Source: an uncultured Bacteroidales bacterium (GTDB lineage Bacteria > Bacteroidota > Bacteroidia > Bacteroidales > WCHB1-69). Taken from it: a stretch of DNA of 64,000 nucleotides. Each line of letters starts with the position of its first letter. The stretch's first letter is position 1. A program made the translations under genes and the position numbers. Where the stretch lies: positions 776 through 64,775 of the forward strand of contig CAMVBK010000015.1 of assembly GCA_947165685.1 (NCBI GenBank), written 5' to 3'. The notes beneath the pieces were generated by a model. It did no database searches. It saw only the letters and a list, made by a program, of their open reading frames with translations, and was not told the origin of the DNA. Below are positions 9,153 through 18,294 of the stretch, in pieces.

Positions 9153-10748
9153 ATGAAAAGCAACGAACACGGACTTTACATTGCGCACTGCGACGAGGGT
9201 GCGCTTTCGATTCAGGGGAAAATGGCCAACAGGCACGGCTTGATCGCCGGCGCCACGGGCACGGGCAAGACGGTCAGCCTGCAGGTTTTGGCCGAGACTT
9301 TCAGCCAGGCGGGGGTGCCCTGCTTCATGGCTGACATGAAGGGCGACCTTTCCGGCATCAGCCAGCCCGGCAAGCTGAGCGGCTTCATCGAGAAGCGGCT
9401 GCCAGAGTTCGGCATCGGGAACCCGGAGTTCCAGGCCTGCCCGGTGCGCTTCTACGATGTCTTCGGCGAGCAGGGCCATCCCATCCGCGCCACCGTCTCC
9501 CAGATGGGACCGCAACTCCTTTCCCGCCTGCTCGGACTCAACGACACGCAGGACGGCGTGCTCAACATCGTCTTCCGCATCGCCGACGAGCGCGGGCTGA
9601 TGATTATCGACATGAAGGACCTGCGGGCCATGCTCGACTATGTGGCCAAGCACGCCAAGGAATACTCCACCCAGTACGGCAACATCTCCACGGCCTCCGT
9701 GGGGGCCATCCAGCGCGCGCTGCTGCAGCTGGAGGCGCAAGGGGCCGACAAATTCCTCGGGGAGCCGAGCTTCGACATCTACGACTTGATCCAGACCGAG
9801 AACGGCAAGGGCGTGATGAGCGTGCTCGCCGCCGACAAGCTGATGCTGCAGCCCAAGCTCTACAGCACCTTCCTGCTGTGGCTGCTTTCCGAGCTCTACT
9901 CCACGCTGCCCGAAGTCGGCGACCTGGAGCTGCCGAAGCTGGTCTTCTTCTTCGACGAGGCGCACACCCTTTTCCAGGACACCTCCAAGGCCCTGGTCGA
10001 TAAGATCGAGCAGGTGATCCGCCTGATTCGCAGCAAGGGCGTGGGCGTCTATTTCATCACGCAGTACCCCAACGACATCCCCGACAGCATTCTCGGGCAG
10101 CTCGGCAACCGCATCCAGCACGCCCTGCGCGCCTACACGCCCAAGGACCAGAAGGCCGTCCGTGCCGCCGCCGACACGTTCCGCGCCAACCCGGCTTTCA
10201 AGACCGACGAGGCCATCATGAACTTGGAGACGGGCGAGGCGTTGGTGAGCTTCCTCGACGAGAAGGGTGCCCCCGGTGTTGTGCAGCGGGCCAAGATTCT
10301 CTTCCCCTTGTCGCAAATCGGCGCCATCACCGAAGGCCAGCGGCTCGACATCATCAAGCAGAGCCGCGTTTATGGCAAGTACGACACCCCCGTCGATAAC
10401 GAGAGTGCCTTCGAGGTCCTGATCAAGGAAGCAGAGGAGGCGTTGGCGGTGCAGGAGGCGGAGAAAGCCGAGATGGAAGCCGCCAAGGAGGAGGCAAAGG
10501 CGGAGAAAGAGGGCAAGAGTTCCAAGAAGCAAGGTGTTTTGGGCAAAGTGCTCAAGGCCATCATCACCGCCGTCACCGGCACCGTGGCCACCGCTGCCGG
10601 CACGGCCATCAGCAACAAGGTGACCGGCAAAAAGTCCAAGTCGAAGACCTCCACCACCGAGCGGGTCATCAAGAACACTACTTCTGCCGCCACGCGCACC
10701 ATCACGCGCGAAATCTCGCGGGACATCCTGGGGAATATCTTGAAATAG
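9153..10748 (+). CDS. HerA-like ATPase, DUF853 family (YjgR-like)
   Basis: Walker A sequence GATGTGKT, Walker B sequence LVFFFDEAH, and a Lys/Glu/Thr-rich low-complexity C-terminal tail. Confidence 0.85.
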   Translation: MKSNEHGLYIAHCDEGALSIQGKMANRHGLIAGATGTGKTVSLQVLAETFSQAGVPCFMADMKGDLSGISQPGKLSGFIEKRLPEFGIGNPEFQACPVRFYDVFGEQGHPIRATVSQMGPQLLSRLLGLNDTQDGVLNIVFRIADERGLMIIDMKDLRAMLDYVAKHAKEYSTQYGNISTASVGAIQRALLQLEAQGADKFLGEPSFDIYDLIQTENGKGVMSVLAADKLMLQPKLYSTFLLWLLSELYSTLPEVGDLELPKLVFFFDEAHTLFQDTSKALVDKIEQVIRLIRSKGVGVYFITQYPNDIPDSILGQLGNRIQHALRAYTPKDQKAVRAAADTFRANPAFKTDEAIMNLETGEALVSFLDEKGAPGVVQRAKILFPLSQIGAITEGQRLDIIKQSRVYGKYDTPVDNESAFEVLIKEAEEALAVQEAEKAEMEAAKEEAKAEKEGKSSKKQGVLGKVLKAIITAVTGTVATAAGTAISNKVTGKKSKSKTSTTERVIKNTTSAATRTITREISRDILGNILK

Positions 10749-10824
10749 TTAGCAGTCTGTTGTTTTGACAAAATCATTATTTATTGAAAAACAATTCCTT
10801 AAACAGCCTCGAAGAGGCTGAACG

Positions 10825-10934
10825 TACGCAGTGCAATTAACCCCACACAAGCGCAGCGCAGTGTGGGGTCCGCAGCCACACAAGTGCAGCGCAGTATGGG
10901 GCCCGCAGCCACACAAGTGCAGCGCAGTGTGGGG
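10825..10934 (+). repeat. three tandem 33-bp units (outer two perfect hairpins, middle one degenerate) immediately upstream of ansA
   Basis: The first unit is CCCCACAC-12 nt-GTGTGGGG (10841-10868). It is followed by two copies of CCGCAGCCACACAAGTGCAGCGCAGT(G/A)TGGGG. Confidence 0.85.
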
Positions 10935-10949
10935 AAAAAAGACGAAAAA

Positions 10950-11996
10950 ATGAGAAAAGTATTAGTCATATATACCGGCGGGACCATCGGCATGATGATG
11001 GATCCCGAGACCAAATCCCTGGTGCCCTTCGAGTTCAAGGACATCCACCAGCAGCTGCCGATGCTGTCGCTGCTGGACACAGAGCTGACCTTCGAGTCGT
11101 TGCTCCCGTTGATCGACTCCTCCGACACAAACCCGGACTTCTGGATCCGTCTGGCGAAGGTGATAGGGGAAAACTACGACCATTTTGACGGCTTCGTGGT
11201 GCTGCACGGCACCGACACGATGGCCTACACGGCATCGGCGCTGAGTTTCCTGTTGGAGAACCTCGCCAAGCCGGTGATTCTCACGGGCTCGCAACTGCCC
11301 TTGGGTGTCATCCGCACCGACGGTCGTCGCAACATACTGAACGCCATCGAGTTCGCGTCTGCTGAACAGGACGGGATACCGCTTATCCGCGAGGTGTGCG
11401 TCTATTTCCAGAACGCACTCTACCGAGGCAACCGCACCTACAAGGACGATGCCGCGCGGTTCAACGCCTTCTATTCGCCCAACTACCCCAAGCTCGCCGA
11501 CGTGAACACCTTCATCAACTACCATAAACGCTACCTCTTCATCCCGAACAGCAAAAACCCGCTCATCGTGCACGACAAGATGGACAACAATGTGGCGGTG
11601 CTGAAGATCTTCCCGGGCATCAGCGAAAAGTTGTTGGAGAATGTCTTCCAAACGGAGGGGCTTCGCGCGGTCATCATGGAGACTTTCGGGGTGGGCAACG
11701 CCCCGACCAATCCGGCCTTTTTGAACGTCTTGCAAAAGGCTGTACAGCAGGGAATCGTCATCGTGAATGTCACCCAGTGCAAAGGTGGCGGCGGCGTGGT
11801 GATGGGCCGTTATCTGACCGGAAAAACCCTTTCTGACATCGGGGTCATCAGCGGTCACGACATGACCACCGAGGCGGCCGTCACCAAGTTGATGTACCTG
11901 CTGGGCACCTTCAGCGACGTGAAGAAGGTGAAGCAGGCCATGGAAGTGCCCTTGCGCGGGGAGCTGACGATTGAAGGGGACGTGATGGGAGAGTAG
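10950..11996 (+). CDS. ansA: type I L-asparaginase
   Basis: Contains VLVIYTGGTIGM, VVLHGTDTMAYTASALS and GSQLP motifs. Start chosen at MRKVL; the upstream part of the ORF-track ORF is a translation of the hairpin repeats. Confidence 0.9.
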   Translation: MRKVLVIYTGGTIGMMMDPETKSLVPFEFKDIHQQLPMLSLLDTELTFESLLPLIDSSDTNPDFWIRLAKVIGENYDHFDGFVVLHGTDTMAYTASALSFLLENLAKPVILTGSQLPLGVIRTDGRRNILNAIEFASAEQDGIPLIREVCVYFQNALYRGNRTYKDDAARFNAFYSPNYPKLADVNTFINYHKRYLFIPNSKNPLIVHDKMDNNVAVLKIFPGISEKLLENVFQTEGLRAVIMETFGVGNAPTNPAFLNVLQKAVQQGIVIVNVTQCKGGGGVVMGRYLTGKTLSDIGVISGHDMTTEAAVTKLMYLLGTFSDVKKVKQAMEVPLRGELTIEGDVMGE

Positions 11997-12000
11997 CGCA

Positions 12001-12045
12001 TTCTAAACTCCTAAACTTCTAAACACACTAAACACACTAAACTTC
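12001..12045 (+). repeat. (CTAAAC/ACACTAA)n G-free tract downstream of ansA
   Basis: Reads TTCTAAACTCCTAAACTTCTAAACACACTAAACACACTAAACTTC. Confidence 0.85.
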
Positions 12046-12126
12046 ATCAACAAACGCCATTCAAAAATCGGCACAAAAGCACCACAAGCCTGCCTGCGGT
12101 AGTCGGCGCAGCATAACTTTTTTTTG

Positions 12127-12134
12127 TATATTTG
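12127..12134 (+). promoter_or_regulatory. -7 promoter box (TAnnTTTG)
   Basis: TATATTTG lies 36 nt upstream of the ATG at 12170. Confidence 0.5.
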
Positions 12135-12169
12135 CCGCCGTTTTTTTTCGAGAATCAAATATTGAAAAA

Positions 12170-14290
12170 ATGAAGAAAATATCCCTCTTTTTGCTGTTAA
12201 TCAGCATGATATGTGGCCCTGTCGTTGCGCAGCGCGTCACAGAGAGCCAGGCACTGCAAGTGTGCCGGCGTTTTGTGTCGGAAAAGTCTCCGACGGTGAA
12301 TGTGTCGGACATCAAGCTAGCTGAAGTCCACACTCAGGCCAGCGGCGAGGCGGCCCTCTACCGCTTCCAGCTTCCGGGGACCGGCTTCGTGGTGGTTTCG
12401 GCCTCCATGACCACGCCGCCGGTGCTGGCCTACACTTTCGACCAGAACTTCGAGATGATTCCGCCGGTGCGCGACCTCTTCCACCTCTACAAAGGTGAGA
12501 TGGCCTACGCCGAGAAGATGGGCTGGGACGCCAAGCCGGAGGCCGCGGCCGCATGGAAACGCTACCTCGCCGAGGATTTCACCCCGAGGGCGGACAAGGG
12601 CGGTGCCACGGTCGGCCCGCTGCTGACCACCACTTGGGACCAGAGCCGCTACTACAACACCTACTGCCCGTGGGACCCCAGCTCGGGCCCGGGGTACGAC
12701 TACCGCGTGCCGAACGGCTGCGTGGCACTGGCCTGCGCACAAATCATGAACTACCACCGCTTCCCTGACAGGGGCATCGGCTCCACGTCCTACATCCCGC
12801 AGGGCTACCCCCGGCAGACGGTCAACTTCTACCAGCACACCTACCACTATGACGCCATGACCAACCACCCGACCTCGTATGCCAACGAAATCGCCAAGCT
12901 GGCTTACCATTTCGGCGTGGCCATCCAGATGAACTATAACGCCGACGGATCAGGTGCCAACACCACGCAAGCGAAAAACAAACTGCACCAGACTTTCCGT
13001 TTCGACCCGGCCATCACGTCTTACTACCGCGACCTGTACCAGGACTCCACCGTAACGGAGTTCTACGAGGTCCTCAAGAACGAAATTAACAACAAGCGGG
13101 TGGTTTACTATTCCGGTTGCACCGAAACGTTCAGCTCCTGCCACGCATACGTGCTCGACGGCTACGACGAGGACAACCTCTTCCACCTGAACTACGGCTG
13201 GGGCGGCGCCTCCAACGCTTTCTACGCCATCGACAATTTCGTGGCCGGCCCGATGCATTTCGACTACGGTTCCGAAACGGTGGTGAACATCAAGCCCTCG
13301 CTGAACATCGAACCGTCCTACTGCCAGGGACACCAACGCAATACTGCCAGCTTCGGCTACGTGTCGGACGGCTCGCAGACGACCCGTCCTTACCAGTCGA
13401 ACCCCGACTGCTCCTGGATGGTGGCCGCTCAGGGCGCCTACCGCTACACGTTCAGATTCGACCGCCTCGACCTTAACGACGGCGACTACGTGACCATCTA
13501 CAACGGCCCGACGACCGAAAGCGGCGTGAAAATCTCCCTCACCGGCAGCGAAGTCCCGGGACAGGACTTCACGGTGGATGCTGACAGCGTCCTGATTACC
13601 TTCACGGGCAACTCGAACAACACCGAGCATTACGGATTCCTGATTTCCTACTCCTCGTCGCTGCCCGCGCGCACCTGCGACGAGGTCTCCAATATGCCCG
13701 GCGTCTATAGCGCCACGCTCTCCGACGGTTCCCAAGATGGCGAGAAATACCTGCCCCAAACCAACTGCACGTGGAACATCACCCACAACGCCGTTTCAGG
13801 CTATGCCTTCGCCTTCCCGAAGTTCGAACTCGGTTACGGCGATTTCGTGGACATTTTCAACGCCTCCACGACGCCTCCGACCCTCCATCAACGCTTCGAC
13901 ATCTACAACATGCCGAACGGAGTCTATAATGTGAACTTCAAGCGCATGCGTGTGAACTTCGTGAGCGACAACTGGGACCAGTCCGAGGGCTTCAAGATGG
14001 ACTTCTACGCCATTGCCTCCGTGGAGGACTACAACGGCATCGAGGAGCTGATCGTCTATCCGAATCCCGCCACCGACCGCCTGACGGTCGAGTTCTCCCT
14101 GCCTCAAGCGGAAAAAATCGACATTCGTCTGATGGACCTCGCGGGCAAGGTGCTGCGCCAAAGCGCGGTTGATGGCATCGACGGCGCCAACCAGACGCGC
14201 ATTAGCCTCGACGGTGTCGCCAAGGGACTCTATCTGTTGGAAGTCGCCACGCCCAGCGGCAAGTCCGTGCGCAAAGTGACCGTCCAATAG
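12170..14290 (+). CDS. C10-family cysteine peptidase (streptopain/PrtT-like) with two CUB-like domains and a T9SS C-terminal sorting domain
   Basis: Has a signal peptide and an N-terminal Spi-type propeptide (GFVVVSASMTTPPVLAYTF). The catalytic Cys context is NGCVALACAQIMNYH and the His context is CHAYVLDGY. Two CUB-like modules follow (CSWMV...DYVTIYNG, CTWNI...DFVDIFNA). The C-terminus is VYPNPATDRLTVEF...LYLLEV...KVTVQ. Confidence 0.85.
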   Translation: MKKISLFLLLISMICGPVVAQRVTESQALQVCRRFVSEKSPTVNVSDIKLAEVHTQASGEAALYRFQLPGTGFVVVSASMTTPPVLAYTFDQNFEMIPPVRDLFHLYKGEMAYAEKMGWDAKPEAAAAWKRYLAEDFTPRADKGGATVGPLLTTTWDQSRYYNTYCPWDPSSGPGYDYRVPNGCVALACAQIMNYHRFPDRGIGSTSYIPQGYPRQTVNFYQHTYHYDAMTNHPTSYANEIAKLAYHFGVAIQMNYNADGSGANTTQAKNKLHQTFRFDPAITSYYRDLYQDSTVTEFYEVLKNEINNKRVVYYSGCTETFSSCHAYVLDGYDEDNLFHLNYGWGGASNAFYAIDNFVAGPMHFDYGSETVVNIKPSLNIEPSYCQGHQRNTASFGYVSDGSQTTRPYQSNPDCSWMVAAQGAYRYTFRFDRLDLNDGDYVTIYNGPTTESGVKISLTGSEVPGQDFTVDADSVLITFTGNSNNTEHYGFLISYSSSLPARTCDEVSNMPGVYSATLSDGSQDGEKYLPQTNCTWNITHNAVSGYAFAFPKFELGYGDFVDIFNASTTPPTLHQRFDIYNMPNGVYNVNFKRMRVNFVSDNWDQSEGFKMDFYAIASVEDYNGIEELIVYPNPATDRLTVEFSLPQAEKIDIRLMDLAGKVLRQSAVDGIDGANQTRISLDGVAKGLYLLEVATPSGKSVRKVTVQ

Positions 14291-14308
14291 CCGAAAATAA
14301 CGCGATAG

Positions 14309-15394
14309 ATGGGCAAACGTGTACTTATAGCCATGAGCGGCGGCATTGACAGCAGTGTCGCCGCCATGTTGTTGTTGGAGCAGGGCTACGAGCTGGTCGG
14401 CGTGACCTTCCGCACCTTCGACTCCATCACGGAGAGCTGCATGGCCCGCGAGAAGGGCTGCTGCTCGGTGGATGCCATCTTCGAGGCAAAGCACTTGGCC
14501 GAAAAGCTCGGCTTCGAGCACCATATCCTCGATGTCCGCGACCTCTTCCGCAGGACGGTCATCCAGGATTTCATCGACCAATACCTGCAATGCCGGACAC
14601 CGAACCCCTGCGTGCTCTGCAATCCCGTCATCAAGTGGGGTAGGGTGCTGGAGCTGGCCGACGAGCTGGGCTGCGACTACATCGCGACCGGTCATTATGC
14701 CCGTATCGCGCAAGATGGTAACCGTTTTTACCTCCAAAAAGGCGTTGACACCCAGAAAGACCAGACCTATTTCCTGTGGAAGTTGACCTCCGAAATGTTG
14801 CAGCGGACGTTGTTCCCGTTGGGCGGCCTCACCAAGCAGGAGGTGCGGCAGATTGCGGCGGCACACGGTTTCGTGAAGCTGTCGCAGAAGAAGGAGAGCG
14901 AGGAGATCTGTTTCGTGACCGATGACGATTACCGTCATTTTCTGCAAGACGAAGTGTCGGATTTGCAGGAGCGTATGCCCGTCGGGGAGTTCGTGACCAC
15001 CGATGGAAAGGTGGTGGGGAAGCACCAGGGACTGTACAACTACACGGTGGGACAGCGCAAGGGCTTGGGCATCGCGTTGGGTGAGCCCGCGTATGTGGTG
15101 GCCCTGCAGCCCGAGACGAACCGCGTGGTTTTGGGCAAACGGGAAGATCTGCAGCACAGTCGCTGCATCGTATCCGGCCTTAATATGACGAAATACGATG
15201 ATTTTGAGGATGGGATGAAGGTGACGTGCCGTTCGCGCTACCGCAGTGCGGGCACGCCGGCCACGCTCCGCCGTTTGGACGACACCTCCGTGGAAGTCTT
15301 CTTTGAGGAACCCGTTTTCGCCGTAACGCCCGGACAGAGTGCCGTCTTCTACGAAGGCGACGACCTCGTGGGTGGCGGAATCATCGAATCATAA
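14309..15394 (+). CDS. mnmA: tRNA 2-thiouridine(34) synthase
   Basis: PP-loop sequence VLIAMSGGIDSSVAA, plus NPCVLCN and DQTYFLW motifs. Confidence 0.95.
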   Translation: MGKRVLIAMSGGIDSSVAAMLLLEQGYELVGVTFRTFDSITESCMAREKGCCSVDAIFEAKHLAEKLGFEHHILDVRDLFRRTVIQDFIDQYLQCRTPNPCVLCNPVIKWGRVLELADELGCDYIATGHYARIAQDGNRFYLQKGVDTQKDQTYFLWKLTSEMLQRTLFPLGGLTKQEVRQIAAAHGFVKLSQKKESEEICFVTDDDYRHFLQDEVSDLQERMPVGEFVTTDGKVVGKHQGLYNYTVGQRKGLGIALGEPAYVVALQPETNRVVLGKREDLQHSRCIVSGLNMTKYDDFEDGMKVTCRSRYRSAGTPATLRRLDDTSVEVFFEEPVFAVTPGQSAVFYEGDDLVGGGIIES

Positions 15395-15403
15395 CCCGCA
15401 GTC

Positions 15404-16762
15404 ATGGCCGAATCCCCGCTTTCCCTCAACGCATTAGAATACACTTTTCGGCATCTGCTGAAAGTCGCCTTCCCGCAGCTGGAAAACGAGCCTTTCCGTG
15501 TTGAGAAAGGCGATGGCACTATCACGGTTTTTGTGAAAGAGGTCAGGCTCGTCATGTATGCGATGAATCAGAAGGAATTTGACTTTTTCATTAAAGGACA
15601 ATGGAGGCCCTTTTTGATGTTGGACAATGCCAAGCTGATGCAGGAAATTCCCATGGTTTTTGATGATGATAGTGTTGATGATGGTGTAACCTGTTTTGAT
15701 ACAGATAGTTCCATTCATATTCCATACGATATCCTCACGCCGTCTTTTGTGCTGCTTTCGCGTTACGAGGAGTTTCAATCCCAGCGTCAGGATGCGCATG
15801 GCCGCTATCCCTTTAACTGCAGTCTGGCTGAGAAATACGACATGGTGGAGATCCCGTTGGTTGATGAGTACGCGATGCTGCTCCGATATTGGCTGTGTCT
15901 CTATTTTCCGTATATTTTCGATGCCACTCCCCGCACGCCCCGCATCGTGCCCACGCACGACATCGACATCCTCTACCGTTTCACTGGATGTTTTCAGGCT
16001 TGGAAGTCCATTCTTGGAAGGGATTTGTTGATTAACAGAAGTCTTTCGATGGTGTGGAAATCCATTAAGTCGTATAGAAACTGGAAAATACGTCCCTCCT
16101 TGGATCCTTACGTGGAAGCGATCAGTGAGTTTTTGGTTCAGGAAGAGAAACGAAATCTGTCTTCGATTTTCTTTTTCAAGGCGACGGAAAAGGGTCATCC
16201 GGATGCCACGTATGATGTGCAAGATCCCATCCTTCATGAGGTTATCCGGGTTATCATGGCCCCCGGTTATCATCAAATCGGCCTTCACGGAAGCTATCCT
16301 TCCGCAAATAATCTCCAATGTCTCCAAAAAGAGAAACAGAATCTCAGCAAGCTTTGCGACGAGGAGGTTCGTATCTCCCGCCAGCACTATCTCCGTACCT
16401 TTTTCGCGGATGATCCCAACTCGTTGGATTTGTGGCGAAATGCCGGCATCACCGACGACTACACCCTCGGTTTCGCGGAACGGTGCGGTTTCCGCTGCGG
16501 CACCTGCCACCCGTACCCGCTCTACGACGTGCGCAATGACCGCGTGACCGACATCATCGAACACCCGCTCATCGTCATGGACGGCACCCTGTTCGACTAC
16601 ATGAAACTCTCCGTCGAGGATGCCCGCGCCCTGACACAACGGCTGAAACAACGCTGCTTCGATGTCGAGGGCGATTTCGTGATTCTATGGCACAACCACG
16701 CCACCACACGGGAATTTGAACCATATTACCAGGAGGTGTATTTGCCGTTATTGAATGGTTAA
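15404..16762 (+). CDS. conserved hypothetical protein, possibly polysaccharide-deacetylase-like
   Basis: A 452-aa ORF with normal coding composition, tightly packed after mnmA. The VPTHDIDIL and HGSY motifs resemble deacetylase-fold proteins. The confidence value refers to the ORF being a real gene; the function is uncertain. Confidence 0.6.
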   Translation: MAESPLSLNALEYTFRHLLKVAFPQLENEPFRVEKGDGTITVFVKEVRLVMYAMNQKEFDFFIKGQWRPFLMLDNAKLMQEIPMVFDDDSVDDGVTCFDTDSSIHIPYDILTPSFVLLSRYEEFQSQRQDAHGRYPFNCSLAEKYDMVEIPLVDEYAMLLRYWLCLYFPYIFDATPRTPRIVPTHDIDILYRFTGCFQAWKSILGRDLLINRSLSMVWKSIKSYRNWKIRPSLDPYVEAISEFLVQEEKRNLSSIFFFKATEKGHPDATYDVQDPILHEVIRVIMAPGYHQIGLHGSYPSANNLQCLQKEKQNLSKLCDEEVRISRQHYLRTFFADDPNSLDLWRNAGITDDYTLGFAERCGFRCGTCHPYPLYDVRNDRVTDIIEHPLIVMDGTLFDYMKLSVEDARALTQRLKQRCFDVEGDFVILWHNHATTREFEPYYQEVYLPLLNG

Positions 16763-16778
16763 TGGTTATTGTTGAAAA

Positions 16779-16828
16779 ATGAATTGCAATGCAATTGCAA
16801 TGAATAAAACGAATGAAATGCAATGAAC
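16779..16828 (+). repeat. (TGCAAT/TGAAT)n tract upstream of the glycosyltransferase gene
   Basis: Reads AATGAATTGCAATGCAATTGCAATGAATAAAACGAATGAAATGCAATGAA. Confidence 0.8.
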
Positions 16829-16833
16829 GAGCG

Positions 16834-17847
16834 ATGAAAATAGTACATGTCATATCGGATGGAATGGACAGGGAACGGGTGGAGCGGTTGATTTGTTTTC
16901 TCCCGCAAAATTTTGAGCATCAGTTGATTACAGCAAATGAATTGGCTGAGGCAACCAAGGATGCGGATGTCGTGCATGCCCACCGGTGGTTCGGTTGTGG
17001 GGAGGCGGCGTGGCAGCGTATCGCGGAGCAGGGCACTCATGTCCCGTACGTGATGGACATTGTGCAGTCCGACCTGGCGGCCTACCGGAAACAGCCCTTT
17101 TTCCTCCACAAGCGAGCTCACCAGGTATTGGAGAGCGCTGAGCGGGTGATATTCACGACCCCCATGCAACAGGATTTCCTGTCAGAGCATCTGCCTGCCG
17201 CCATCGCCGACCATGCCTTCGCCCAGTCGTCGCTTCTGTATGAGACCCTGCCGCCGTTTTGGTTAGACAATCTGCGCATTCATCCGCCAACAGCGTTGGT
17301 CCACATCAAATTATTGTACGTAGGGGCGATAACGGCCGACTGTCGGTTGGATGTTTTGCTGCAGGCTGTCGAGCGGATTCGCCGCCGGAACTACGAAGTT
17401 TCGCTCACAATGGCGGAGGACAAGGTGGAAGAGGGCGGATTTAGGGCTAAAATGTTGCGTGAGGTCCAAAAAAACAGCTATTTGCGGTTTGAGGAGGCCG
17501 ACACGGAAGGAAAGCGTTTGGAACTCTACCGCAACCACGACATATTGGTGCAGACCGATGCGGGCGTTACCTCCATTTTGCGTTACGCGGAGGCGCTCTC
17601 GCAGGGGCTGCCGCTGGTTTATGCGCGGGGCGGCATCTTTGACGGCGTTTTCAAAGAGGGTACGGCCGGCTATGCGGTGAACCCGAAAAGTGCTTCCGAA
17701 TTGGCGGAAAAAATCCTCGCTATCAGCGAACTTTTTGGTACAATCGAACAGCATATCAGTCGGTTGCATCCGCTCGGTCTTTTCGACGGACGGGAAGTGG
17801 CCGCGCATTGGGGGCATCTGTACGAGAATGTCGCCAAATTGCGCTGA
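16834..17847 (+). CDS. glycosyltransferase (GT4-like, GT-B fold)
   Basis: Starts MKIVHVISDG. The C-terminal half contains LLYVGAI ... EALSQGLPLVYARGGIF, typical of the GT1/GT4 C-domain. Confidence 0.7.
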   Translation: MKIVHVISDGMDRERVERLICFLPQNFEHQLITANELAEATKDADVVHAHRWFGCGEAAWQRIAEQGTHVPYVMDIVQSDLAAYRKQPFFLHKRAHQVLESAERVIFTTPMQQDFLSEHLPAAIADHAFAQSSLLYETLPPFWLDNLRIHPPTALVHIKLLYVGAITADCRLDVLLQAVERIRRRNYEVSLTMAEDKVEEGGFRAKMLREVQKNSYLRFEEADTEGKRLELYRNHDILVQTDAGVTSILRYAEALSQGLPLVYARGGIFDGVFKEGTAGYAVNPKSASELAEKILAISELFGTIEQHISRLHPLGLFDGREVAAHWGHLYENVAKLR

Positions 17848-17851
17848 AACG

Positions 17852-18289
17852 TCAGAGAATCTTTTTCAGAAATCGGTCGTATTTCTCTCCCACAGTGAGT
17901 TTGGCATATTCCCGCCAGCCCTCTGCAGGCTCCGTGCGGGCATAATCGAGGTCATTCTCGTGCGCGTAGGCCTCCATCTCAAAAGGGTTGGCATAGTAAG
18001 CAAACTGGGAGCCATAACGTAACGGTCTGTTTTTCAAGTAGAAATAAATGTAGCGGAGATAATAGCAGAGCCATGAATTGTGCGTGGAAACCGCCTGCTT
18101 CACATGAATCCATTCGTGGTGAAGCAGGATTTGGCCGCTGAGGTTTGTCTTTTGCGCTTCCCAAAGCCCGAAATTGCGCCGGTGGATGAGGATGCGCCCG
18201 AAAAAGGTGATGGCGAAATAGCCTTTCGGAGGAAGGAAACGGCTGGCACGGACGGTGATGCAGCTGTATTTGTCCGGACGTCTGACCAT
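17852..18289 (-). CDS. small HExxH-motif protein (putative metallopeptidase-like), function unknown
   Basis: 145 aa from MVRRPDKYS. Contains an LLHHEWIHVKQ (HExxH) motif and FEMEAYAHE. The longer 278-aa ORF-track version overlaps the upstream gene and was trimmed. Confidence 0.6.
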   Translation of the reverse strand: MVRRPDKYSCITVRASRFLPPKGYFAITFFGRILIHRRNFGLWEAQKTNLSGQILLHHEWIHVKQAVSTHNSWLCYYLRYIYFYLKNRPLRYGSQFAYYANPFEMEAYAHENDLDYARTEPAEGWREYAKLTVGEKYDRFLKKIL

Positions 18290-18294
18290 TTCGG

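Noticed and set aside
7682-9163. A 493-aa ORF antisense to the GWxTD and sugar-transferase genes. Similar long antisense ORFs occur at 5296-6237, 9138-10532, 13796-15157, 37300-38859, 55050-56294 and 58587-59981.
   Set aside because: These are shadow ORFs typical of GC-rich coding DNA. Their products are Arg/His/Val/Leu/Gly-rich low-complexity sequence with no motifs. The opposite strand carries genes with unmistakable family signatures.
10804-10820. The CAGCCTC-GAA-GAGGCTG hairpin after the DUF853 gene, considered as a terminator.
   Set aside because: The 7-bp stem is perfect, but no U-run follows on either strand. It may belong to the hairpin-repeat region, and it was not called.
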